Source of the DNA: a virus
Virus genome (UHGV): UHGV-0152227
Length of the DNA: 43,955 nt
Direction: 5' to 3' (one strand)
The notes beneath the pieces were generated by a model. The model was not told where the DNA came from, did no database searches, and saw only the letters and a list, made by a program, of their open reading frames with translations. This document shows, piece by piece, positions 24,724-33,324 of this stretch (its first letter is position 1; each line of letters begins with the position of its first letter). Both the position numbers and the translations under genes were made by a program.

Positions 24724-26399
24724 TGTGATTGCCCACCCTGACCACTAACTGCATTCGCCATAGCTGACAAAACACTCGGATCCGAAGTTTTAGCTTCGCT
24801 TAGCGTCTTGGCACCCTGTGCCGCCGCCATCCCCATCGCCATCATTTGTTGCTGCTGTTGTTGCTGTGCCCGTTGCTGGCGAGCCTGCTCAACCTGTTCC
24901 TGCGGAACAATGACGGTTGGAGACACTCCGGACATATCAGCGAATGCATCGATCGCCTGATCAACGTTGAGTTTGTCGAGAGCTTCTGGTTTCGCTTGCG
25001 CAAGTTGACCAATAAAGTTGACCGTGGATGCCAGACTGGACAGGCCGATAGACTTCTGCGCCTGAGCCATGACGGAAATGTATTCGACCTTCAGGGGCAT
25101 ACCTTCCATCGCGTCAGGCGGTGGCGGCAGCATGTTTTTACGCACCATCATCGAGAAAGCGCGGTCAATGAGAGGATTAAGACATTCGTCGTTCAGACGC
25201 TCCAGAACCGGCCCCAACATCAGAAGTTTTTCTTCTTTCATTTCGATCACTGCTTCAACAGGCATCGAGCGGGTATTGATGTTCTGCAACATCATGAACA
25301 GATCGACAAAGTAGGCGCTGTTAATGATTTGACGAGTGTCCTGAATGTCTGCTACCAGATCTGCTGTACTGGGGTTAACCAGATAAGCAGGCCTGAAGCC
25401 ATCCTGACCAGTAATCTGATCGATATACGTGATGTCGCCAGGAAGAAGGGAGGCGCGCTGATTCTTGAGGGAAGTCGGAGCAACCATCGGCGGATTGGTG
25501 GCTTTATCAATCAACTGCGACTTGCGCTTCTGGAGAAGTTGCAATGCCTTAACAGGTCCAAGCGCCAGCATACCCGGGCATGATGATCCATAAACATCTT
25601 CGCCATTAACTTCCCAGCGCGGAGCCATAATTGGAAACTCATCAAATCCGGACTCACGCAACAACTTGTCGTTATCGCCACCAACCTCGTAATAAACCGA
25701 TTTGAATGGCTTGTTCTTGCTATCCAGCTTCGATGTATCGCGGTCAATGTTCGGGTAAACCGAATGCATCACTTCAATCCACTTCTCGTAGGTGCCGCTT
25801 TCCCACATGCTTTTTACGGATTCGCTGACGTTATTTAGTCCGAACTCCTGAACAAGCTGACGAACAGTCATAGAGAACCTGCGAAAACAGGTGTCTACAC
25901 TGCCACGAGGTGAGTTAGCCAGGTAGTAACTTCCTATCGGGAATGGCATTGTACGAATGATGTCCTCGTCATCCTCCAGCACCGCCATTGCGCCAGTGCT
26001 GTATGTGCCGAGGCTTCCGTATAACTGCGGCAGCGACTGATAGAGATTCGACTTATTGAACATATCGTTCATGCGGTTCTGCACCGCCTCAAGCCACAAC
26101 TTAACAGGGCCATAATCCATCATTTCAGGATCTGGCGTAGCCAGGCGAAACCACGGACGCGCGGGGCTTGTGATGCCTGACATCATGCCGCTGGCGAGAG
26201 TGCGCGCCGCCATAGTCCCGGTCGAATCAATAATGCGTGTATTGCGTCGATCGTTACGGTTGACCTCAGAAGTCAGAAAGCGGGAACCACGCGGGTTGAT
26301 GTAATCACTCAACTCGCGCCAGTGCGGCTCGAACGACTGACGCTCGCTTTCAAGTTGTGCGAACTGTTTGTTCAATCGCTCTTTAGTTGTTTCCGCCAT
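24720..26399 (-). CDS. Portal protein
   Basis: 559 aa between terminase and scaffold; GGAG RBS; C-terminal Gln/Ala-rich tail. Confidence 0.8.
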   Translation of the reverse strand: MAETTKERLNKQFAQLESERQSFEPHWRELSDYINPRGSRFLTSEVNRNDRRNTRIIDSTGTMAARTLASGMMSGITSPARPWFRLATPDPEMMDYGPVKLWLEAVQNRMNDMFNKSNLYQSLPQLYGSLGTYSTGAMAVLEDDEDIIRTMPFPIGSYYLANSPRGSVDTCFRRFSMTVRQLVQEFGLNNVSESVKSMWESGTYEKWIEVMHSVYPNIDRDTSKLDSKNKPFKSVYYEVGGDNDKLLRESGFDEFPIMAPRWEVNGEDVYGSSCPGMLALGPVKALQLLQKRKSQLIDKATNPPMVAPTSLKNQRASLLPGDITYIDQITGQDGFRPAYLVNPSTADLVADIQDTRQIINSAYFVDLFMMLQNINTRSMPVEAVIEMKEEKLLMLGPVLERLNDECLNPLIDRAFSMMVRKNMLPPPPDAMEGMPLKVEYISVMAQAQKSIGLSSLASTVNFIGQLAQAKPEALDKLNVDQAIDAFADMSGVSPTVIVPQEQVEQARQQRAQQQQQQQMMAMGMAAAQGAKTLSEAKTSDPSVLSAMANAVSGQGGQSQ

Positions 26400-26413
26400 T
26401 TCAATGACTCCGG

Positions 26414-26620
26414 TTACTGACCAAGCAGCGTTTTACCGCTGGTATTAGCGGTTGATGTGTCGCCCTGAGAACCGGTAAGCAGCGTAGAACTACGACCAGC
26501 AGCAGCGCGACGGCGACGAGTTTCTTCGTCGCGGGCATCAACAACGGCGGCATCCTGCTCCTGTGGTGCTGCCTGAACTTCTGGTGTTGCAGGCACTGAT
26601 GGTGAGCTACCCATGCACAT
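26414..26620 (-). CDS. Small acidic protein upstream of portal, 68 aa
   Basis: ATG 26620 with GGAG RBS; overlapping alternative-frame ORF 26401-26640 judged less likely. Confidence 0.5.
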   Translation of the reverse strand: MCMGSSPSVPATPEVQAAPQEQDAAVVDARDEETRRRRAAAGRSSTLLTGSQGDTSTANTSGKTLLGQ

Positions 26621-26688
26621 ATCAATGACTCCGTACGCAATTAAATTATTACCAATTTAACCACATATGATTTATTTATCGTAGATAG

Positions 26689-26725
26689 TTGACATTTAAC
26701 GCACAAATTATTACCTTTAGGGTAA
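26689..26725 (+). promoter_or_regulatory. Early-type promoter-operator (TTGACA ... ATTATTACCTTTAGGGTAA) facing the tRNA and moron
   Basis: Near-duplicate of the PL-like promoter architecture at 37395-37437; operator 26711-26725. Confidence 0.55.
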
Positions 26726-27047
26726 GTAAATGGTTCATTCCGGTTATTAACCTGACTGGCTTGTCGTTAAATTGAACAGGTGGAGTGAGCTTTTATTTTG
26801 AGCAGTACGGCGTATGGCACATGCGCCGATAGCGGTCTGGATACGTTTAAGGGGCTCCCTCCCTTGCTCGGGCAAACGAACCAGGTAGCCGGAATGTGCA
26901 AGTCGAGCGGTTTTATTCCGCGCACGGGGATTCACCATCCCGGCGATTCGGTGTGACGCCTCGGAAGAGACGAGGGTACAACGATGAGAGCATTTATGGA
27001 GCCGCGACAAAGTGTGGCGCCTTAACAGGCTAAGTGCTCTCAGCGTT

Positions 27048-27124
27048 GTGGCATTAGCTCAGTTGGACAGAGCAACCGCCTTCTAAGCGGTTGGTCGCAG
27101 GTTCGAATCCTGCATGCCACGCCA
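27048..27124 (+). tRNA. tRNA-Arg (anticodon UCU, reads AGA)
   Basis: 77 nt folded by hand: acceptor GTGGCAT/ATGCCAC, D-arm GCTC...GAGC, anticodon loop CTTCTAA, T-arm GCAGG-TTCGAAT-CCTGC, encoded CCA; differs from chromosomal argU. Confidence 0.9.
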
Positions 27125-27287
27125 GAATCACGCCTAAGGACCGTGATGCCAGAAGTTCCAGGGGCTTGGCGGTGATGGTTTCCCTTGAAGGACTATCACC
27201 GCCCTTTTTACAGCAGGACGCCATTGCGATGACTTCATGCTGTAAACCAGTACAGCCACGGAAGGCATAACTCATTGCTTCCAGTTC

Positions 27288-27311
27288 GCCCGGTTCGCCG
27301 GGCATTTTTTT
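27288..27311 (+). terminator. Rho-independent terminator after the tRNA
   Basis: GCCCGG-ttcg-CCGGGC followed by ATTTTTTT. Confidence 0.8.
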
Positions 27312-27322
27312 AAGGTGAGATT

Positions 27323-27679
27323 ATGAACGACCAGCAAATCGAAAAAGAAATCGTTGAGAAAGGCAAAACCGCTCCGCGAGTTACGCCTCAATATATCGAA
27401 AGCATCATTCTTGAAGAGCATTTCTTTACTGCTTATGACGGCATTCGTGCTGCCAATATGGGAGTTGGCGATTCATGGACAGCGCATAAATCTACAGACC
27501 TCCTGACTTTCTGCGTATTGGTACTGAAGAATGGCTTCACCGTCACCGGAGAGAGTGCCTGTGCAAGTCCGGAAAATTTTGATGCAGAAATTGGTCGGAA
27601 GATTGCCCGGCAGAATGCTGTAAACAAAATCTGGATGCTCGAAGGTTACTTGCTGAAGCAGAAGTTAAGCGAGCAATAA
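27323..27679 (+). CDS. Moron protein, 118 aa, possibly phage Gp49/Sf6 gene 66-like family (tentative)
   Basis: ATG 27323 with AAGGTGAG RBS; opposite strand to flanking terminase and portal; own terminator. Confidence 0.6.
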   Translation: MNDQQIEKEIVEKGKTAPRVTPQYIESIILEEHFFTAYDGIRAANMGVGDSWTAHKSTDLLTFCVLVLKNGFTVTGESACASPENFDAEIGRKIARQNAVNKIWMLEGYLLKQKLSEQ

Positions 27680-27683
27680 CACC

Positions 27684-27695
27684 GTGACATGTCAC
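27684..27695. repeat. 12-bp perfect palindrome GTGACATGTCAC, copy 2 of 3
   Basis: Exact; 5 nt after the stop of gene 27323-27679 and downstream of the large terminase. Confidence 0.9.
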
Positions 27696-27700
27696 AAACA

Positions 27701-27727
27701 GCCAGCCGATGAGCTGGCTTTGTTTTA
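27701..27727. terminator. Terminator hairpin, probably bidirectional
   Basis: GCCAGC-cgatga-GCTGGC followed by TTTGTTTTA; T-rich on the complement too. Confidence 0.65.
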
Positions 27728-27769
27728 TCCTCATCAGAGGATATCAACGACATTATCCCCACTAGCGGA

Positions 27770-29245
27770 TTAAGCATAGGGATCGTAATCTGTGATGGCC
27801 TTGCCTTGCTGGTTCTGCTGCCCGGGAATTCGCAGACGCTTTGACACAGGGAAAGCAAACGTCAGCAGTAGCGCATCGCCTTTACCAGGAGAACGCCCAA
27901 GCCGCTCCTTGATATCTTCCTTCGGTTCGATAACGATTTTACCGTCCACTCGAACTTTATACTCTGCCGCCGACAGGTCGTCCGCTGTTTCCTGGTCATC
28001 CAGCATCCCGCCCAGCCTCAGCCATGTCTTGCATGAGTTGAACATCTCCCCACGCTTGTTGAGCATCTGCGGGTCAGTAGACGCGCCACCGAACGGAACA
28101 AGTTGCCATGTGCGCCCCCAACCATCACCGATTGACTTCAGACCGGTACCGTAACCGAAGTCGATGAACACCGCGTCAGCCTGATACTGGTCTTCAAAGT
28201 CAGCGATACGCTTCGCCATAATCAGATCGTCGGTGGTCTTGTTACCAGTCCATAGCACCTTACTGTGCAGCCCCTGCCGCAGGTATATCACAGCGTCATC
28301 AACGCCGGAGTATGCCGGGTCAACGCCGATTATCACCGGAGCATGCGCCACCTGCGCAGCGGTTACCACCCGTTTCATTGCCTCATCAGTAAGACCGGTA
28401 GGGATAAACTGCAATTCAGATGCATCAGGGAATATGCCGCGCACACGGATTTTAACGAAGTCGCTATCTTCCCCGTAGTCATCAACCCATTTCTGCAACT
28501 GCTGTTTGTTAGTGCCTTCCACCGTCCGGCTGTCAATCTGCGCAGTTTTCCAGCGGTGTTTATATTTGCGGAAACATTCGCGGAAACGCCCGGTGTTACG
28601 AGTAGGGTTTCCGAACGCCACCCAGATAATCTCAGTGTCTTCGTCCGTAAGCGCACCCTCAGCAACTTCCCACACCAGATCCGCAATGTTCGACGCTTCA
28701 TCGAATACCACGATGATGCGTTTGCGCTCGTTGTGTAGTCCGGCGAATGCCTCAGTGTTGTGCTCAGACCAGGGGATTGCGTCAGCTCGCCACCGCTTGT
28801 CGTGCCCAGGATCATTGCTGTACATCGCGGTAGCGGTACAGGTAAACCAGTCTTTCGTGATAGCAAGGTTCGACCACTTGATAATTTCCGGCCAGGTCTT
28901 CGTTCGTAGCTGGTTGTCGGTGTTGGCGGTCACCACGACCTTACAATCCTCGCAAGTGGACATGCCCCAGTTGATCAGCATTGAGATGAATGCGGATTTA
29001 CCAATACCGTGACCAGAAGCGCGTGCCAGCATAAGCGGCTGATAGCGCGTCTCTGGATTCTGCAGGTGATCACGTATCTCTCGGAACGCATCAGCCTGCC
29101 ACTGACGTGGGCCGGTGGCATGTGCCAGTTCAGTCCCCTCTTCCCCCCACGGGAACGCATAGAGGGCATAGCCAAGCGGATCGTGAGTGAACCCTGCAAT
29201 ATCCTCGATCAACTGCTCTTCAGGAGATAACGCTGTATCTGTCAC
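27770..29245 (-). CDS. Terminase large subunit
   Basis: 491 aa; ATPase and nuclease-type organisation; GTG start overlapping small-terminase stop (GTGA). Confidence 0.85.
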   Translation of the reverse strand: MTDTALSPEEQLIEDIAGFTHDPLGYALYAFPWGEEGTELAHATGPRQWQADAFREIRDHLQNPETRYQPLMLARASGHGIGKSAFISMLINWGMSTCEDCKVVVTANTDNQLRTKTWPEIIKWSNLAITKDWFTCTATAMYSNDPGHDKRWRADAIPWSEHNTEAFAGLHNERKRIIVVFDEASNIADLVWEVAEGALTDEDTEIIWVAFGNPTRNTGRFRECFRKYKHRWKTAQIDSRTVEGTNKQQLQKWVDDYGEDSDFVKIRVRGIFPDASELQFIPTGLTDEAMKRVVTAAQVAHAPVIIGVDPAYSGVDDAVIYLRQGLHSKVLWTGNKTTDDLIMAKRIADFEDQYQADAVFIDFGYGTGLKSIGDGWGRTWQLVPFGGASTDPQMLNKRGEMFNSCKTWLRLGGMLDDQETADDLSAAEYKVRVDGKIVIEPKEDIKERLGRSPGKGDALLLTFAFPVSKRLRIPGQQNQQGKAITDYDPYA

Positions 29246-29838
29246 TGATTACCATCCTGACGTTCTTTGAGTCGCTTCCTGGCTGCTGCTATGCGATCAG
29301 CAATTGTCACATTCACATTAACATCCAGACGTTCTTTGAACGCGTTGACATCAACATGCTTACCAATCAGCTCAAGGTTCTTCACCTTGTCAGGCCATTT
29401 AATTTTTTTGAGGATTGTCTCTATCGAATCCTCGTTCATGTTCATGATGGTCGATGACAGATCAAAGCCACTAAGCGTAGTGCGCCAGATTTTCGGCCAC
29501 TCGCGGATTGGCTTAAGGCTCCCATCGTCGTTGAGGATGTCGATCACATCCATCTGGTCGATCTCCACCAGGCGCATAAGAACGTAATCGGCACTGACGC
29601 GCATTCGTTTGTTGCGCTCCTCCATCAGCTCGGCAATCCGTTTTTGAATGCGTTCATCGCGCATCATGACACTGGCTTTAACTGCCGCTGTATTTGGGGA
29701 GAATCCTGCGTTAATCGCTGCCTGAGTCTGGTTTTCAGGCGTTTTGATGTATGACTGGCAATAAGCCTCCTGCATTGCTGTTAGTGGCTTAAATTGCGTT
29801 GATTTGCGTTTATAGGTTTTAGGTTCAGCAGGCATCAT
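29242..29838 (-). CDS. Terminase small subunit (P27/Terminase_2-like)
   Basis: Motifs QEAYCQSYIKTPENQTQAAINAGFSPNTAAVKAS; start taken at first ATG (29838); ORF-track TTG at 29916 is a possible alternative. Confidence 0.7.
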   Translation of the reverse strand: MMPAEPKTYKRKSTQFKPLTAMQEAYCQSYIKTPENQTQAAINAGFSPNTAAVKASVMMRDERIQKRIAELMEERNKRMRVSADYVLMRLVEIDQMDVIDILNDDGSLKPIREWPKIWRTTLSGFDLSSTIMNMNEDSIETILKKIKWPDKVKNLELIGKHVDVNAFKERLDVNVNVTIADRIAAARKRLKERQDGNQ

Positions 29839-29948
29839 AACCACCGTGGTAATAGTTACCGTTGTGGTAATAGTACCATGCAAAATAAAGCCGCCATAGT
29901 TGGCGGCAGTATTCAAAACCCATCAAATTCATCATGCATAATCTACTC

Positions 29949-29960
29949 GTGACATGTCAC
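29949..29960. repeat. 12-bp perfect palindrome GTGACATGTCAC, copy 3 of 3
   Basis: Exact; overlaps the stop codon of gene 29957-30295, just upstream of the terminase operon. Confidence 0.9.
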
Positions 29961-30295
29961 ACTATTAATTTCGTTTCATGCCAGCCTTTAGTCACCCAGC
30001 ATTGCGAGTCACCATTACACGGGCATGAATTAACTGGAACTCTCTCGCCGCACTTACCGCAACGTTTTCTGCTGATCGATTTTATACGCCCGCGCACCCG
30101 GGCATCATCCTGGCGGATCAGCAGCGCGATGTACTCGGCCATTTCATAGGGATCTCGACCAGGGCGCCGGGCGGCGCAGTTCCGCTCCAGCATTTCAATT
30201 TCCTGAGCATCAAGCACAATCTCCAGCTTACGTACACCGGATTCAGCTTGTCTGGCTCTCTGAGCGGCTTTGCGCTCTGCTGCTGATTTAGCCAT
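29957..30295 (-). CDS. Hypothetical protein with C-terminal Cys cluster (CGKCGERVPVNSCPC)
   Basis: ATG at 30295; basic N-terminus; zinc-ribbon-like Cys spacing. Confidence 0.5.
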   Translation of the reverse strand: MAKSAAERKAAQRARQAESGVRKLEIVLDAQEIEMLERNCAARRPGRDPYEMAEYIALLIRQDDARVRGRIKSISRKRCGKCGERVPVNSCPCNGDSQCWVTKGWHETKLIV

Positions 30296-30330
30296 CAATA
30301 TTTACCTTTATCGCGAACACCTTTACCGGT

Positions 30331-30573
30331 TTATCTCCTTTGCATGGCACGTAATTTTTTCAGATGGTTCTCCTGTTCTGTTTCAGCCAGGATCTGGTGA
30401 TATTCTCTGTGATCAATGTGTTCGAATAAATTATTGAATTTTCTGATGCACACCCTTCCAGGATAGCCATCCATCCTCTTGAAGAATACTGAGTGATCAG
30501 TACTACGAATGATTTTTACTGGATAGCCGGCGCTATCGGTGTATATCTGACCACGTTGAATCAGAGAGAACAT
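30331..30573 (-). CDS. Small hypothetical protein, 80 aa
   Basis: ATG 30573; nin-region-like position. Confidence 0.45.
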   Translation of the reverse strand: MFSLIQRGQIYTDSAGYPVKIIRSTDHSVFFKRMDGYPGRVCIRKFNNLFEHIDHREYHQILAETEQENHLKKLRAMQRR

Positions 30574-30634
30574 TCGTTTATCCCCAGATAAAAATATAGC
30601 AATACCAATTACATAAAATACTTCAGGCCAAGCA

Positions 30635-31360
30635 TCATTTCACCTCCTGCGGCGGTTCTGGTAGAGGCATCCAATTGATTACATCGCATTTAGGGATGCT
30701 GATATCATCACCAAGCCACCCTTGACCTTCAGACCAGCATTGCACGTAATACCCGTATTCTGTGTTCACTACGCACCACTGCGCGTCGTTCGGCATTCGC
30801 TCACTACAGCTTATCCAACCATCCGGAGTTACCGGATAGTTGACAGCCAGTCTGCGCAAAACAGCCTTAACAGCCTCAATACGGTCATCATCAACTTTTT
30901 CTACAATATTGGAATTTAAATACTTCGAAGCCTTGCTATGCCAATCGCTGGTTTTAGGGTCTTGTCCATCCATCAAACGCCAAGCTTCAGCGATTAACTC
31001 ATAGCCAGTAACAGTGGCTTCCTGCGCATCACCAATCAGTTGTGTGATCTCTCTTTCAAGCATGCTTAGAGCGTTAGGCATTGGTTTTTCTTCCGGTACT
31101 ACTGGAACGGGTGGGGCGGCGTAGACCTCAATAATTCCATTATCAATAGGCCATTCTCCATCCTTGAGGTAGTCACTTGTGCCGTCAACTTGCTGTTCTG
31201 CAATGTGGAATGCACCTATTGGTTTTGCCTCAAGCGAGGCCAGTGCAATTCGTGCCAGTTCTTCCGCTTCTTCTGCTGGCAGTACAACGTTGCTACCAGG
31301 TCCGTATGTTTCGCGCCACTGCCTGATTGTCAGCAGTCGCTCTTTGGTAATAGTGGTCAT
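30635..31360 (-). CDS. DUF551-type protein
   Basis: C-terminal WISCSERMPNDAQW...W motif typical of DUF551 in lambdoid accessory regions. Confidence 0.6.
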   Translation of the reverse strand: MTTITKERLLTIRQWRETYGPGSNVVLPAEEAEELARIALASLEAKPIGAFHIAEQQVDGTSDYLKDGEWPIDNGIIEVYAAPPVPVVPEEKPMPNALSMLEREITQLIGDAQEATVTGYELIAEAWRLMDGQDPKTSDWHSKASKYLNSNIVEKVDDDRIEAVKAVLRRLAVNYPVTPDGWISCSERMPNDAQWCVVNTEYGYYVQCWSEGQGWLGDDISIPKCDVINWMPLPEPPQEVK

Positions 31361-31370
31361 GTGTTAGTCC

Positions 31371-31634
31371 TTATCCTGCTGTACTTTCAACTGATGAGGG
31401 GAATAAAATCTTTTCATCAAATCCGGCATTCATATCATGAACAGCAACACACCAATCCATTGACGAACGATTATCAAGAGCCTCCATGATTTCATCCATG
31501 CGGCGCAGGTCATACAGGTAAATGCTTTTATCGCCAATGGTGTAAAAACCAATTTTTTTCGGTGATGGGCAGCGATCAAGAACGTCCTGTAATTCGCTCA
31601 ACCATGCTTGTTCTTTTTTTGTCAAAGTTGCCAT
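31371..31634 (-). CDS. Hypothetical protein, ~87 aa
   Basis: ATG 31634 overlapping upstream stop; in-frame ORF extends to 31688 but overlaps the neighbour. Confidence 0.45.
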   Translation of the reverse strand: MATLTKKEQAWLSELQDVLDRCPSPKKIGFYTIGDKSIYLYDLRRMDEIMEALDNRSSMDWCVAVHDMNAGFDEKILFPSSVESTAG

Positions 31635-31635
31635 A

Positions 31636-32202
31636 TCACTCTCCTTTAATGCGAATGTCAGCGACGCGTAATGCGTGTTCCAGGTCAATCAGGTAAAGCC
31701 AACTGCCATTTTCTTTAGGTATCATGACATGTCGCTCATCTGCATTTATCGGGTGTCCATATCGAAGGTCGTAGCGAGTCGGTAATTGAACTTCCCGCGC
31801 TTCCAGTTCAGCAATGCGCTTCTCTGCGGCCTCTGCCCTGCATTGTTCCCGTTGGAACATTTTGTGGGTGCGGTCGAGCGCCTCAAGTCTGGCTGCTGAT
31901 GTTTTCTCTTCTGCTTCAAGCTCAACGCGCAGCTTCCCAACCGTAAGCGCAATATCCTCGTTCTCCTGGTCGCGGCGTTTGATGTATTGCTGGTTTCTTT
32001 CCCGTTCATCCAGTAGTGCCAGCACGGTTTCTGGTCCGGCCAGAAATTTGAAGGCGTTGAGCGCATCAATATCCACACCGTAATCTTTAAGTTCCTGTTC
32101 ACTTAACAAATCATCATCAACTGGCAACATTAACAGGCGTTCCATTGCTGGAATTGCACGTTCTGCCGCCTCACGCAGTGCCTGATAGTTAATTTTGGTC
32201 AT
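31636..32202 (-). CDS. Ead/Ea22-like protein, paralogue 3
   Basis: N-terminus MTKINYQALREAAERA nearly identical to paralogue 32500-33324; coiled-coil. Confidence 0.65.
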   Translation of the reverse strand: MTKINYQALREAAERAIPAMERLLMLPVDDDLLSEQELKDYGVDIDALNAFKFLAGPETVLALLDERERNQQYIKRRDQENEDIALTVGKLRVELEAEEKTSAARLEALDRTHKMFQREQCRAEAAEKRIAELEAREVQLPTRYDLRYGHPINADERHVMIPKENGSWLYLIDLEHALRVADIRIKGE

Positions 32203-32203
32203 A

Positions 32204-32503
32204 TCACATCACCCTGAAGCCGTTGCATTTACGTAAAAAATCGCAGATATAGCCCTTCATTTTTTCGTGCCAATCTCGATCATTCCCATTGCACCAACCA
32301 TCAGGTGGAGTCCAGTTTTCTATCAGAGCAGCCATTTTCTTTGCTTTCGCCGGAGTAGCTGTTGCGGTATCGCAGTAATGACGAGTGTCAACCAACGTAT
32401 CCATACCATCGATATCAAGTACGCAAAACCATGTGTGATTCGGCATTTCAACAGATGGTATTTGTTGCCCACGTCGACGTTTATCAATAAGACATACAGT
32501 CAC
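32204..32503 (-). CDS. Hypothetical protein, 99 aa
   Basis: GTG start overlapping upstream stop; Cys/Trp-containing. Confidence 0.45.
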   Translation of the reverse strand: MTVCLIDKRRRGQQIPSVEMPNHTWFCVLDIDGMDTLVDTRHYCDTATATPAKAKKMAALIENWTPPDGWCNGNDRDWHEKMKGYICDFLRKCNGFRVM

Positions 32504-33324
32504 TGGTTGCCTCCTTTGCGAAGCTGGGCAGCAAAGTCAACTAACCACTCAGTCATTTCAACCTTCCCTACCAGGTCTGAACCAGGGTGCATACAGCAAT
32601 CACTCTGCGCCGCTTTGAAATCCTTATACTCATATTCTTGGGCCACCAGATTTTTTGCAGCTTCTATAGCAGCATCCACCCCCTGCGCCCGAACTTCAGC
32701 CAGGAAAGCGTCGGTGGCTGGGGTTTCGACATTAGGTCGAAGCTCATAATCACAAACTCTTTCAATCCATGGTGATACTCTGTCGCATTTCCTCTTCTTG
32801 CGTTCACCGACCTTGGTTGCCTGCTGAATAATTACCCCCCAGCAAATGCTTTCGACCTCTTCGCTCCATCCATCGCAAGCATCGCCTCTATAGTCGTCAA
32901 TTGCAGCCTCAGCAGCAGCGATAGCCTCCTCAGCAGTTTTGTGACACTCGAAACTAAATTCAGAGCCATATGAGAAATACATAGCCCCGGCCTTCAGCGC
33001 CGCATTCTCCGCTGCCAGCGCCACGAGATTAGTCTCAAGCTCTGCAATTCGACACATAGCATCAATATTTGTGTCCTCCAGGCGCTTAATTTCACCAAGC
33101 AGCTCCAGTGCAACCTTTGGGTTGAACGCGGCAACATAACGAGCGTTGTTCTCTGCATTTTTCTGTCCATCAAAGCCGGTCCATTTGATAACGTCTTCAC
33201 ATCGTTCATCACCGGGCGTGTGCACCGCATAAGTACCAGTATCCGTCGAAATAAATGCGACCCATTCGTCTGGTGTTGCCTTTTCTGCCGCCTCACGCAG
33301 TACCTGATAATTAATCTTGCTCAC
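32500..33324 (-). CDS. Ead/Ea22-like protein, paralogue 2
   Basis: Shares N-terminal block with 31636-32202 and C-terminal block (AAENAALKA ... AAQLRKGGNQ) with 33321-33890. Confidence 0.65.
   Translation of the reverse strand: MSKINYQVLREAAEKATPDEWVAFISTDTGTYAVHTPGDERCEDVIKWTGFDGQKNAENNARYVAAFNPKVALELLGEIKRLEDTNIDAMCRIAELETNLVALAAENAALKAGAMYFSYGSEFSFECHKTAEEAIAAAEAAIDDYRGDACDGWSEEVESICWGVIIQQATKVGERKKRKCDRVSPWIERVCDYELRPNVETPATDAFLAEVRAQGVDAAIEAAKNLVAQEYEYKDFKAAQSDCCMHPGSDLVGKVEMTEWLVDFAAQLRKGGNQ

Noticed and set aside
24846-25583. 245-aa plus-strand ORF inside the portal gene
   Set aside because: Antisense to the portal; no independent signal
27048-27124. tRNA-Arg as the prophage integration site
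   Set aside because: It lies mid-element between terminase and portal with structural genes on both sides, and the integrase is 15 kb away at the right end; better explained as a phage-carried tRNA
26747-27305. Minus-strand ORFs 26747-27010 and 27054-27305 near the tRNA
   Set aside because: The second overlaps the tRNA and its terminator; the first runs through a hairpin-rich region with no RBS
29839-29916. TTG start at 29916 for the small terminase
   Set aside because: Would add a 26-aa low-complexity Thr/Ile/Val extension; the first ATG at 29838 gives a typical N-terminus. Start remains uncertain
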